DNA of 64,000 bases from a virus. Both the position numbers and the translations under genes were made by a program. Shown in pieces: positions 1 to 8,655 of the stretch (its first letter is position 1; every line of letters begins with the position of its first letter). A model generated the notes under the pieces. That model had not been told where the DNA came from. It saw nothing but the letters and a program-made list of their open reading frames with translations, and made no database searches. The stretch lies in the IMG/VR virus record IMGVR_UViG_3300021138_000007, positions 1 to 64,000 of that record; one strand, 5' to 3'.

Positions 1-822
1 GTTAATTTTAATGATTTAAATTCTTTTTACCAGAATTTATCGTTTGAGCAATTAAAGAATCATATTGATTCTCTTCCAGGTATGGATTATTATAAAACTT
101 TGAAAAAGTGCTCATATGTGGAGAATGATCGTTTGTTTTTCTACAATGTGAAATATTGTATCGTTTTTAATAAAATGGCATCGGAAATCGGATTGGGCAA
201 TCCTGATTTATTTTGGGATTATTGGTATAAACTAAATTCATCAGCTATGCAATCTCATTTAAAATTAGTATTTCCTAATAAATATTATACTTCAATTGCT
301 TTAGATTTAAAAAGAGAAAAACCTTATTTGACTGATGATCAAGTAATTAAAACGATACTTGAAGGTGCTGAATTAAGGGCAAAAAGGGCATATTGTGCCA
401 TGTTAAGGGAATTGTATGTCACAATGTATTTAACACGTAGTTTAATTGATTCTGAAGGACATAAATATGATCCATTGAAAGTATTAATACATCCAATTTT
501 AGATTCTTTGTGTCGAATTGATGCTTTAATAGTTAGCCCTAAAATGGGACTTGTAGGATTAGCAATACATTTAAATTCTAAACAAAGCAATGAAGCTGTA
601 GGAGTTAAAAGTGGATTAATTCCGATTGAATTTAGAAATATGGTGAATCACATATTGGGATTTGGTATAGACATTAATTATTCTGAATTATCAGAAGGAA
701 GAATTATCCTTCCTTCTGATAAAAAACTTCTAATGCTTAGAAAAGCATTAGAAGGAGAAGAACAATCATATAATATGCTAGTAGATGCATATACTTGGAA
801 AAATGAGCAATTATCCCAATGA
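1..822 (+). CDS. Putative PD-(D/E)XK endonuclease, TaqI-family-like; 5'-truncated by window edge
   Basis: Frame 1 is open from base 1 to the ATG at 82. RAKRAYCAMLRELY...VLIHPILDSLCRIDALIV...GLAIHLNS resembles the R-x-Y-R...LD-x3-IDxLI pattern I recall for TaqI-like nucleases. Confidence 0.4.
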   Translation, partial: VNFNDLNSFYQNLSFEQLKNHIDSLPGMDYYKTLKKCSYVENDRLFFYNVKYCIVFNKMASEIGLGNPDLFWDYWYKLNSSAMQSHLKLVFPNKYYTSIALDLKREKPYLTDDQVIKTILEGAELRAKRAYCAMLRELYVTMYLTRSLIDSEGHKYDPLKVLIHPILDSLCRIDALIVSPKMGLVGLAIHLNSKQSNEAVGVKSGLIPIEFRNMVNHILGFGIDINYSELSEGRIILPSDKKLLMLRKALEGEEQSYNMLVDAYTWKNEQLSQ

Positions 823-1236
823 ATCATCTTTTGGATATATATAATCAATAAGATCAGGAATTTGTACATCGCTTAAATCTATGTTAGAAGCAAAGCCAGG
901 ATTATTTCTTGGATCGTCAATATTGATCCCGCTTAATGGTTCGCCTTCGATTTCTTGTATAGTATTGTACATATTTAATAATTCTTGTGTGGACATGTCA
1001 TTGTTAATGTTAGCACCTTGCCCTTTAAGATAATCAATTAATTGTGCTCTATACTTTTCTTCTCGTTTGACATCATGGTGTTCGCGCATTTGATCATCAA
1101 AACTATCGCCTAAATCATCTATATTAGATATTCTTGTCATAATAGAATCAACAGTATCTGCTTCCATTTTATAACCATTTTGATCTAAATCGTCCGCTAT
1201 TGAAGCTAATTTTTGCATAATATAATTTTTATTCAT
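811..1236 (-). CDS. Hypothetical protein with N-terminal shared tag (probable internal head protein)
   Basis: N-terminus KLASIADDLDQNGYKMEADTVDSIMTRIS; RBS AAGGA; own AGG-N17-AGAA promoter. Confidence 0.6.
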   Translation of the reverse strand: MNKNYIMQKLASIADDLDQNGYKMEADTVDSIMTRISNIDDLGDSFDDQMREHHDVKREEKYRAQLIDYLKGQGANINNDMSTQELLNMYNTIQEIEGEPLSGINIDDPRNNPGFASNIDLSDVQIPDLIDYIYPKDDSLG

Positions 1237-1263
1237 GATTGATATCCTTATATATTATTTCTT

Positions 1264-1301
1264 TTCTTCAGCATAAAGGATATTCCCTTTATAAATAAGA
1301 A
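1264..1301. promoter_or_regulatory. Overlapping divergent pair of phage promoters (AGG-N17-AGAA)
   Basis: + strand: AGGA(1277-1280)-17 nt-AGAA(1298-1301). - strand: AGGG(1288-1285)-17 nt-AGAA(1267-1264). Lies between divergent genes. Confidence 0.75.
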
Positions 1302-1334
1302 TATTATAAAGTATTAGGTGTTAGGTGAGCTTAA

Positions 1335-2687
1335 ATGAACGATCAAATTATAAAAGATTTAATAAATATTGCAAATTCATTAGATGACAAATATATGTTT
1401 GATGAATCAGACGTAATCACCAAAATTGCAAAACAAATTTCAATTCATAATACGAAATATGCTGCGAATCCTCTTGGTAAATTTCAAAAAGATTTTATGC
1501 AAAAAACATTGAAAAATACAATCAATAACGAAATGCTTAATGCAAATCAACGTGATAATCAATTTTTATTAAAAACTTTAGGAGGAGCAGCGGCGGCTAC
1601 TGGTATTGGAGCTTTGGGCCTCTCGCAAATACCAAATAATCCACCTGCTATTTCTAATACTGCTACTACTGGTGTGCCAACTGCGGAATTACCTGCAAAT
1701 ACTAATCTTTTTTCATCATTAACTCCAAAACCACAAACTGCGCCTTTACCAAATAATGCGGCTGACATCACTTTGGAATTAATGATGCTTTTAGCCACAA
1801 TGCAAGAAGATAATAAAGTATTATTTAGCCCATATAAAGAAGACATTAATAAATTAATTAATAATGTTACTTTTGTTTTAAGAGAATATCAACAACTATC
1901 TAAAACAGCCAATTCTAAATTTTCTAGAATTATATTGAGTCAAAATTTTGGAGATGAAGTTGAAGAACCCAATGTAGAAGATAAAGCTTTTGGAGAGGGT
2001 GTGCCTAAAGAAAATTATTCATCAGAAGTTCAAAGTGTTTTGAACCAATTGGAACTTTATGTAAATTCAAATGAAGAACAAAAAATTAATGCTTTGATGA
2101 ATATAGATAATAATATTTATAAACATGGGCCTCAATTTATTCAACAATTAATTCAAAGTGACAATAACCATGTATTAGATAAATATGCGCAGGCAGTAAA
2201 TACCGTACTGAATGCACAACCTAGAAGCATAAAAGAAAACTACGCGCTCTCTACTTTAAAACAAATAATACAAGAATTTAGTCCGAATCTTAAAAGTTTA
2301 TTACATGGTAAAACTCTGTCTACAGATCAATTGCTGTCAGGGCAATATTTAAATGCACCCTATGAAGATAAAGCATTTAGTGATGATGGAATAAACTATA
2401 AAGAAACTGCGCAAAATAAAACAGAGTCTCAACAATTGACAAATATTTATACTGCTATGGCAAATAAATTCAAATATTATTACGATGATTTAAATAATAT
2501 CTTTAAAACATTACCTAATAATAATAATTTAAAACAACATTTTCAACTTATATTGATAAATATTAAATCTGGAGAAGAGTATTTTGAGAGAATTGTAAAA
2601 GAAAAACAATTCCCACAACTTGTAAATCCTGAAAAAATATCATCAAATGCCACAGTTGGAACAAGTCCAGGCAGTCAAATAAAATAA
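1335..2687 (+). CDS. Hypothetical Asn/Gln-rich protein with N-terminal shared tag and a Gly/Ala-rich hydrophobic segment
   Basis: N-terminus DLINIANSLDDKYMFDESDVITKIAKQIS; segment LGGAAAATGIGALGLS; RBS AGGTGA. Confidence 0.6.
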   Translation: MNDQIIKDLINIANSLDDKYMFDESDVITKIAKQISIHNTKYAANPLGKFQKDFMQKTLKNTINNEMLNANQRDNQFLLKTLGGAAAATGIGALGLSQIPNNPPAISNTATTGVPTAELPANTNLFSSLTPKPQTAPLPNNAADITLELMMLLATMQEDNKVLFSPYKEDINKLINNVTFVLREYQQLSKTANSKFSRIILSQNFGDEVEEPNVEDKAFGEGVPKENYSSEVQSVLNQLELYVNSNEEQKINALMNIDNNIYKHGPQFIQQLIQSDNNHVLDKYAQAVNTVLNAQPRSIKENYALSTLKQIIQEFSPNLKSLLHGKTLSTDQLLSGQYLNAPYEDKAFSDDGINYKETAQNKTESQQLTNIYTAMANKFKYYYDDLNNIFKTLPNNNNLKQHFQLILINIKSGEEYFERIVKEKQFPQLVNPEKISSNATVGTSPGSQIK

Positions 2688-2690
2688 TTT

Positions 2691-3131
2691 TTGTATAAGA
2701 TATTTATGCGAAAATTATCCTGCCAAATTGGAATTCCCATATCTGCCAATGAAATGTATGTTCCAATAAATAAAGGGCAACTTGTAAAAAGTAAAAAATA
2801 CAGAGAATGGATAGATAAAAATATTGTTATATTGAAAGAAAATATGTCTAAAGCAGAATCCTTTCCTATTGTAATTAATGTATTGGTTATGGGCGGAAAA
2901 GGCTGGTCTATGGATAGAGACATAGACAATGTGTGTAAACCTATTGTGGATTTATTAGTGAAAGCTGAAATCATTCCAGATGATAATAGTCGATATGTAG
3001 AAAAAGTTCATGCGCGTTATCTGCATTCTCCAGCTAAATCTACTGATGCATTAACTCTTATTAGCTTTGAAGAACCAGAAGAAGTGTTAGAGAACTTGTG
3101 GACATTTCCTAGTCTTTCTCAAAAGTCTTAA
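2691..3131 (+). CDS. rusA: RusA-family Holliday junction resolvase (likely start ATG 2706)
   Basis: PISAN N-terminal motif and RDIDNVCKPIVDLL...IIPDDNSRYV match the RusA DxDNxxKxxxDxL...DD signature. Confidence 0.85.
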   Translation: MYKIFMRKLSCQIGIPISANEMYVPINKGQLVKSKKYREWIDKNIVILKENMSKAESFPIVINVLVMGGKGWSMDRDIDNVCKPIVDLLVKAEIIPDDNSRYVEKVHARYLHSPAKSTDALTLISFEEPEEVLENLWTFPSLSQKS

Positions 3132-3420
3132 TTGCCATTTCTCTTCGCCAAGACATCATTAATCGAAGATTGGATAGAATTTGCTGAATTAATTCATGTT
3201 CTTTAGATGTAAGATGTTTTTTAGTATTAGCATTAAGTGTTCCGTCTAATATTTGCATACATTCATCTACACCTTGCATTTTTGATTCATAGCAAGCGAG
3301 TATAATATCTGCACGTATTTTTGCTAAATCTTCTGAATCAAGTTTATCCTTCCATTTATTTATTACTTCTGAAGAAATATCTTTGATGTCTCTAGATGCA
3401 TATAAGGGATTTTCTTTCAT
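3109..3420 (-). CDS. Hypothetical protein
   Basis: 103-aa ORF converging on rusA; no recognisable motif. Confidence 0.5.
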   Translation of the reverse strand: MKENPLYASRDIKDISSEVINKWKDKLDSEDLAKIRADIILACYESKMQGVDECMQILDGTLNANTKKHLTSKEHELIQQILSNLRLMMSWRREMAIKTFEKD

Positions 3421-3428
3421 GGCAAAAG

Positions 3429-3463
3429 ATAAAATAGAGAAGAAAATTTCTTCTCTATTTTAT
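3429..3463. terminator. Intrinsic terminator-like palindrome
   Basis: ATAAAATAGAGAAGAAA-A-TTTCTTCTCTATTTTAT, directly after the stop of 3464..3967. Confidence 0.7.
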
Positions 3464-3967
3464 TTATTTCTCAATATCTACTGGAACATTATATGGAAAT
3501 TGATTGTCTGGTAACTCAATTATTGGGATTCTTTTTCCTTCAGTATATCCTACTTCTGGATGATACAATGATTCATCTGTGTCAAATGGATCAAAAGAAT
3601 TACCATCAGTTAATTCTTCATCAGTTTTTAATTCATTCTCAAGATGATGCTTATCCTTGTCAAGAATGCTTTGTAAAAACTTGACTTCCTCTCTTTGCCA
3701 ATCTGATAAAGGTGTGCCTTTACTGTAAATCTCTACCATGCGTCTACGAGCCTCTGCTGGAGTTGTAGTTTCAACAGGAGGATTAGGGTTTTTGGCATTC
3801 ATATCTTTTACTAATTGTAGAGCTTGCATCCAAGCTTGATCGTCTTCTGCACCAGCTAAACGAATTAAAGTGTAAGTAATTCCATCAGCTTGATTGAAAT
3901 TATTATTCAAATCAGCTTTGTAAGCGACCTTAATTAAACGATTAACAACACTAGATAACTTTTCCAT
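3464..3967 (-). CDS. Hypothetical protein with N-terminal shared tag
   Basis: RLIKVAYKADLNNNFNQADGITYTLIRLAG; RBS AAGGA; own promoter at 4005-4029. Confidence 0.6.
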   Translation of the reverse strand: MEKLSSVVNRLIKVAYKADLNNNFNQADGITYTLIRLAGAEDDQAWMQALQLVKDMNAKNPNPPVETTTPAEARRRMVEIYSKGTPLSDWQREEVKFLQSILDKDKHHLENELKTDEELTDGNSFDPFDTDESLYHPEVGYTEGKRIPIIELPDNQFPYNVPVDIEK

Positions 3968-4004
3968 AAATATATTCCTTTTAATATTGAATGTATTTGT
4001 AATG

Positions 4005-4029
4005 TTCTGCGATTAAAAATCAAACACCT
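4005..4029 (-). promoter_or_regulatory. Phage promoter AGGT-N17-AGAA
   Basis: TAAAGGT gtttgatttttaatcgc AGAA on the minus strand. Confidence 0.7.
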
Positions 4030-4039
4030 TTAAATAATT

Positions 4040-5110
4040 TTAAATTGGACCAATTCCTTCAATTGTGTCATCATCTATTTGAGACTCTAATTGCTTAATT
4101 TGAAGAATAGATTCATTGTCTGTTTTAAAGTATTTCTCAAAATAACCTTCTAACTTGTTACAAAATGCTTTCAAATCTTGTATTTCTTGTTCGAGCTTTT
4201 GATAATCGTTATTTTTTGGAATACTTGATATATTGATCCGCACGATTGAAAAATCATTTAAAATAGACAGACCAATGTCAGTTTCGATTAAATAATTTGC
4301 TCCATATTTGTTCTTTTTTTGTATCGGCTTGTTATTGTAAGTTAATATAGAATCTTCATTAATATTTTTTTCATCGAGTTTATCATTTGAGTTCAAATCC
4401 TGATTGTCAAAAACTTCGATATCATCTTTAATGAGATATACTCCAATATTTTCGGGCTTTGCAATAATGTAAACACACTTCGTAGGGCACATTGAAGATA
4501 CATATATCTTTATATTCTTGAAATAAGCCCAAATAGGAGGATCATCTTCTTTCGCATTTTCTGCACTATATCCCGTTTCGGTAAAATCAGATTTGTCTTC
4601 CCAAGCATCAAAGTCTTTATATCGCATTGGATGCATTACTATGCCATCAGCTTTTAATTCATGAGCCTCAAGTAAAGCTTTGCCTAACATGATTGTTTCT
4701 CTTGATAAAGTGTCCGCATTGATGGTCTGGTCTAATGAAGCAGTAGTGCCAAATAATTTAAACACTTCTAAATCTATTTGCCTATGCATAGCATTAATAG
4801 CGCGATCTATAATTCGTTTACATACTTCTTCTCGATTGGGAAAATACAAAAGATAATGATTAAATTCCTCTTCAGTAATAACAGGATTAGTCGCAATTTT
4901 AAAATTAGGTACGTAAATTTGTTCATGCGATAGTGATACTTTGGGATATGCTCCATTTTGAGGAATCACATATGCTTTAGAAGAAAAATCCCTTCCATAA
5001 ACTGGTGGTTGATTTATTCTTTTTTCTTCGTTAGTCCAAGAATCTACAGACAAAATATGACGAACAACAGGGTTGTATTTTTCCCCGTTTAAAAAATATC
5101 TTTTATTCAT
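4040..5110 (-). CDS. Divergent paralogue of the major capsid protein (HK97 fold)
   Basis: Colinear similarity to 7021..7875: IYVPNFKIATNP/LLVPTIELASNP; RQIDLEVFKL/RQEDVEVFKV; LEAHELKADGIVMHPMRYKDF/IEEHELVGAKIVLHPQRYKDI; ILNDFSIVRI/VINDYALSRI. Confidence 0.85.
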   Translation of the reverse strand: MNKRYFLNGEKYNPVVRHILSVDSWTNEEKRINQPPVYGRDFSSKAYVIPQNGAYPKVSLSHEQIYVPNFKIATNPVITEEEFNHYLLYFPNREEVCKRIIDRAINAMHRQIDLEVFKLFGTTASLDQTINADTLSRETIMLGKALLEAHELKADGIVMHPMRYKDFDAWEDKSDFTETGYSAENAKEDDPPIWAYFKNIKIYVSSMCPTKCVYIIAKPENIGVYLIKDDIEVFDNQDLNSNDKLDEKNINEDSILTYNNKPIQKKNKYGANYLIETDIGLSILNDFSIVRINISSIPKNNDYQKLEQEIQDLKAFCNKLEGYFEKYFKTDNESILQIKQLESQIDDDTIEGIGPI

Positions 5111-5234
5111 TATAACTCCTGACTATCTAAAGTGTAGTATCATACATGTTATGCTATAGTGAACTTAACGATTGATATATTTGCTGATATTTCATTAAAG
5201 GGCATTTAAGATACTATTTTAGTGTCAAAATAAG

Positions 5235-5480
5235 TTATACAATATGAATATCAGTAGACATTCTCTTTAAAACATTTGTAATTGCATCAGCTTTAACAAA
5301 ATCACCTGCATTATCAGCCTTTTGTGCTTCTTCAATCAATTTATCTACTTCATCGGTTACAGATTTTTTAGTTTTAGGTCTACAACTACCGTTTTCACCA
5401 GGCTTAGTTCCTGGCACTCTTTCATATCCTTCCCAACACTTCATTTTTTCTGCACTCTTATCCATCATAATATCCTTCAA
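5235..5480 (-). CDS. Small protein: CWxGY...C motif plus C-terminal shared tag (likely start ATG 5468)
   Basis: KCWEGYERVPGTKPGENGSCRPK followed by KLIEEAQKADNAGDFVKADAITNVLKRMS; RBS GAAGGA before ATG 5468. Confidence 0.65.
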   Translation of the reverse strand: MKDIMMDKSAEKMKCWEGYERVPGTKPGENGSCRPKTKKSVTDEVDKLIEEAQKADNAGDFVKADAITNVLKRMSTDIHIV

Positions 5481-5498
5481 AATTAGAATAATATTTAT

Positions 5499-5523
5499 TT
5501 CTTATGTTTACAAAGTTATACCT
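5499..5523 (-). promoter_or_regulatory. Phage promoter AGGT-N17-AGAA
   Basis: TGCAGGT ataactttgtaaacata AGAA. Confidence 0.7.
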
Positions 5524-5553
5524 GCAATTTGTAATTTAGATATACTTTAAAAT

Positions 5554-6684
5554 TTAACGCCACCAAATATTTTCTTCTTTTAATGTGCGGTTGCCAATAA
5601 TGTCAGCATATTTGCTATCCTTGATATCAAACATTGCACAAATTTCTTTTTCTCTTTTCCCATCTTTATAAGCTTGGCGAATTTGTTGAGCTAATTCTTT
5701 TGCTTTAATGTCTTTTTCTGATTTTTTCTTTTCAATCGGCTTTGATCTTTCAGTGGTAATAGCTTCACTAAATGTTTTGCCTTCGCGCAAACGTCGATCT
5801 ATTGTATTTTTAGGAACTCCTGTCCATTCCGACCACTGAGTTAATGTTCCTGTTCTACCTTCATAAGTGAAAATAAGCGTATCGCCTTTTTTGCGTTTGA
5901 GATGATAATTTTCATCATGCCATGATCTATTTTGAACAACATCGTGTATTAAATATTCTGACAAATTCATTTCTTTAGAAATAGATGATACAGTCATACC
6001 AGATTGATGCTTATCTCTAATTTCTTTCGCTATTTTGGCGTTGATAGTGCTATTATTTGGTACTTTTTCTTCATTGCCTATACAATCACGAAATCCTTTA
6101 TAAATATTATATTTTCTAGATAATCTAGTGCTAGGAGTGCTATCTTTGTAAATCCAATCCAAAAATGTTCTGACATTATATTTACCATGCATATATAATG
6201 TTTTGGCTATGCCAAAATCTTCTATATGCCCTTTTTCACCTTTTGTTTGATTTACATATATTTCCTGTAATTTAGTGATAAAATTTAACGTACCAACAAT
6301 TGTGGTTTTAATATCCCAAAAGGGTCTTATATCGTTTTTATCATATGAAATACATCCATCACCATCAAAATAGCCTCTAATAAAATGAGTTATATATTCA
6401 TCAGGTATTTTATCGGGCCATTCTAAACTGTAAGTTTTATGCTGTCCTAAACCTAAAGCTTGCAAATCTTTCACCATTTCAGATGATTTGATAGTTAAAA
6501 CAGCTTGTGTTTCGCCATTGTCTTTAGGTTGACTATAAATCTTTCCATCATATTCTACAAAATTGCGTATTCTTTCAATTAATTCAATATCTGATTCTTT
6601 AAGATTAATCATAATCAAATTAGGATTATTTTCTGTATTTGTAACGTGTCCATCTGCGGCTAATAATCCTAAAACATAAGCCAT
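5554..6684 (-). mobile_element. Free-standing LAGLIDADG homing endonuclease with C-terminal HTH-like DNA-binding modules (frame open upstream to 6897)
   Basis: YVLGLLAADG and HFIRGYFDGDG motifs; C-terminal TLTQWSEWTGVPKNTIDRRL. Confidence 0.9.
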
Positions 6685-6952
6685 TTCAATAGACCATGTT
6701 TTAAAATAATTATCATTCGGCTTGTAAATGCGTTGATCAGGTTTTGGTAATTTAACACCTAGTTTACGCGCATGGTAATATACAGATTTTAAATTGCAAT
6801 GTAATAATTTAGTTAGCTCTTTAGCTGTATATTTTGCAGATAAAATTAACTGTTTTTGTTCTTGATTTAAGATTTTTTCATTATGTTCACCTATATATTA
6901 TAGGCTATTTTGAAAATAATTTACAGGTTTTTCTAAATTTTTAGTCTAAAAA

Positions 6953-6994
6953 CAAAATATCCTCAATGAAATTTCTTCCATTGAGGATATTTTG
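6953..6994 (-). terminator. Terminator after the major capsid gene
   Basis: 16-bp inverted repeat CAAAATATCCTCAATG/CATTGAGGATATTTTG followed by T-rich sequence on the minus strand. Confidence 0.75.
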
Positions 6995-7020
6995 AACCTA
7001 ATTTATTTCAATAAAATAGA

Positions 7021-7875
7021 TTAGCCAACAAGTATGCGTGACAGAGCATAGTCATTTATCACAGCAAATCCCAACTCTTCAAACACAACCCATCCAAGGC
7101 GAAGTCGCTTAGGATCGTCGGCAGGAAGAACAGTGATATCCTGTCGAACAGGCATAGCACCTACGAACTGTGCAGGAGCAAGTACGTAGACAGCGTTCTT
7201 AGGAACCATTGTGCTGACGTGAATGTCAGCGGAGTAGACGTGACCATAAAGACCAGTCTGAAGAACGTCTCGCTGAGTTGCCTGGTCGAAGACTTCAGGA
7301 CCCCAGGTTCGAATGTCCTTATATCGCTGTGGATGAAGAACAATCTTAGCACCAACAAGTTCGTGCTCTTCGATGAGGGTCAACGCGAGGTTGATGTTCT
7401 CAATCTGAAGTGTACCAACTACGCTGATGGAGTGGTCAGTTGGGATAGCAGCGTTGATGACCTTGAATACTTCAACGTCTTCTTGTCGCTGTAGACTATC
7501 CTTAGCGCGGACCTGTGCTCGGTCAACGATGTAGAAACGTCGCTGTCGAATTTCGTTCAAACGGATTGTTGGGTTAGAAGCTAACTCAATGGTTGGAACG
7601 AGAAGCTCTTCTGCTTCAACTTCGGCAGTAGGAACGCTACCTCTCTTAGGAATAACGTAGGACTTAACAGCGATATCTCGCTCGTATCGTGCCAACGCAC
7701 CCTGAGGTAATTCATCTACCATTAATAACTTGCGTCCGATAGCCTGGTAAAGTAAGCTAGTCTTGATTGGCTCTACCATTGCTTGTGCAAGAGCGGTTCG
7801 ACCCTCTGGAGTCTCAAGAGCCATTGCAATAATAGCTTCTTTCTGCTCTGCTACATTTCGTTTAATCATGCTCAT
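7021..7875 (-). CDS. Major capsid protein (HK97 fold, no obvious long propeptide)
   Basis: GRTALAQAMVEPI...GRKLLMVDELPQGALARYERD...VPTIELASNPTI pattern of large-phage HK97 capsids; strong RBS AAGGAG; follows protease, scaffold and decoration genes. Confidence 0.88.
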   Translation of the reverse strand: MSMIKRNVAEQKEAIIAMALETPEGRTALAQAMVEPIKTSLLYQAIGRKLLMVDELPQGALARYERDIAVKSYVIPKRGSVPTAEVEAEELLVPTIELASNPTIRLNEIRQRRFYIVDRAQVRAKDSLQRQEDVEVFKVINAAIPTDHSISVVGTLQIENINLALTLIEEHELVGAKIVLHPQRYKDIRTWGPEVFDQATQRDVLQTGLYGHVYSADIHVSTMVPKNAVYVLAPAQFVGAMPVRQDITVLPADDPKRLRLGWVVFEELGFAVINDYALSRILVG

Positions 7876-7917
7876 ATTTTTATAATCTCCTTTATAACTG
7901 AACGTTTATCCTTACTC

Positions 7918-8595
7918 TTACATAAGCTGAGTGATGTAAAGTAGAGAACCGTCAAAGCTATCAACTCTAGCAATTGCAGGACCATGAGAGGAACTTGCAA
8001 GTGCTACAAACTTACCTGCATTAGCGAACGCACCGAAGGTGAGTAAGTCGCCTGGTAAGAATGTGTATGGTGAACCGCTGTCGGTTCCAGCAGTTGCTGT
8101 CTGTACAGCAACGAATTGATCAGTAATGAATTGACCAGATGGGGTGGTGTAGACACCAACGCCTCGTCGTGGACCTTCGCTACCACCTGCGCCAGCAGTA
8201 AGGTTAGTTACTTCTGAAACAAGCTCGTCCTGGAACTCGCCGATAGCTCGCTTAGGACCAACAAACCAACCGTTGTTAGCTGCAACAAGGTTGCCGCTGC
8301 TTGGATCAACATAAGTAGAACCAACTGGGTCGTTTTGAATGAAAGTATTTCCTGTGGTCATATGATCGTCAGCAGCGATACCTAAGTAGCTGTTAACGTT
8401 GTCGGTCTGTGCATTAGAGTTAGTGCCACCAGTACCATTAACGCCTCGGTTAGCAGGTCGTGCAAAATTGGCATAAGTGCCAGATAAGTCACGAGCCAAC
8501 ACCATACCAGCGTGGAATGTATTTGTTCCACTTGCGATAGTATTAGAAGAATCGCGGTTGGAAACTACAACAGTCTGAAGTGCTTTAATTGCCAT
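7918..8595 (-). CDS. Probable capsid decoration/cement protein
   Basis: Gly/Thr/Ala-rich beta-type protein immediately upstream of the MCP; RBS GGAGG; assignment by synteny. Confidence 0.55.
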   Translation of the reverse strand: MAIKALQTVVVSNRDSSNTIASGTNTFHAGMVLARDLSGTYANFARPANRGVNGTGGTNSNAQTDNVNSYLGIAADDHMTTGNTFIQNDPVGSTYVDPSSGNLVAANNGWFVGPKRAIGEFQDELVSEVTNLTAGAGGSEGPRRGVGVYTTPSGQFITDQFVAVQTATAGTDSGSPYTFLPGDLLTFGAFANAGKFVALASSSHGPAIARVDSFDGSLLYITQLM

Positions 8596-8655
8596 TGTTA
8601 TTTATATCCTCCTGGAATAAGAGATATTTACTTTTACAAGAAAATATCTTTGTGG

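Noticed and set aside
5554-7020. Group I intron carrying the LAGLIDADG ORF
   Set aside because: The MCP ends with a normal stop and terminator, no interrupted gene flanks the ORF, and there is no room for intron core structure.
4040-7875. Cellular encapsulin locus
   Set aside because: The shell proteins sit with portal, terminase and prohead protease, so they are virion capsid genes.
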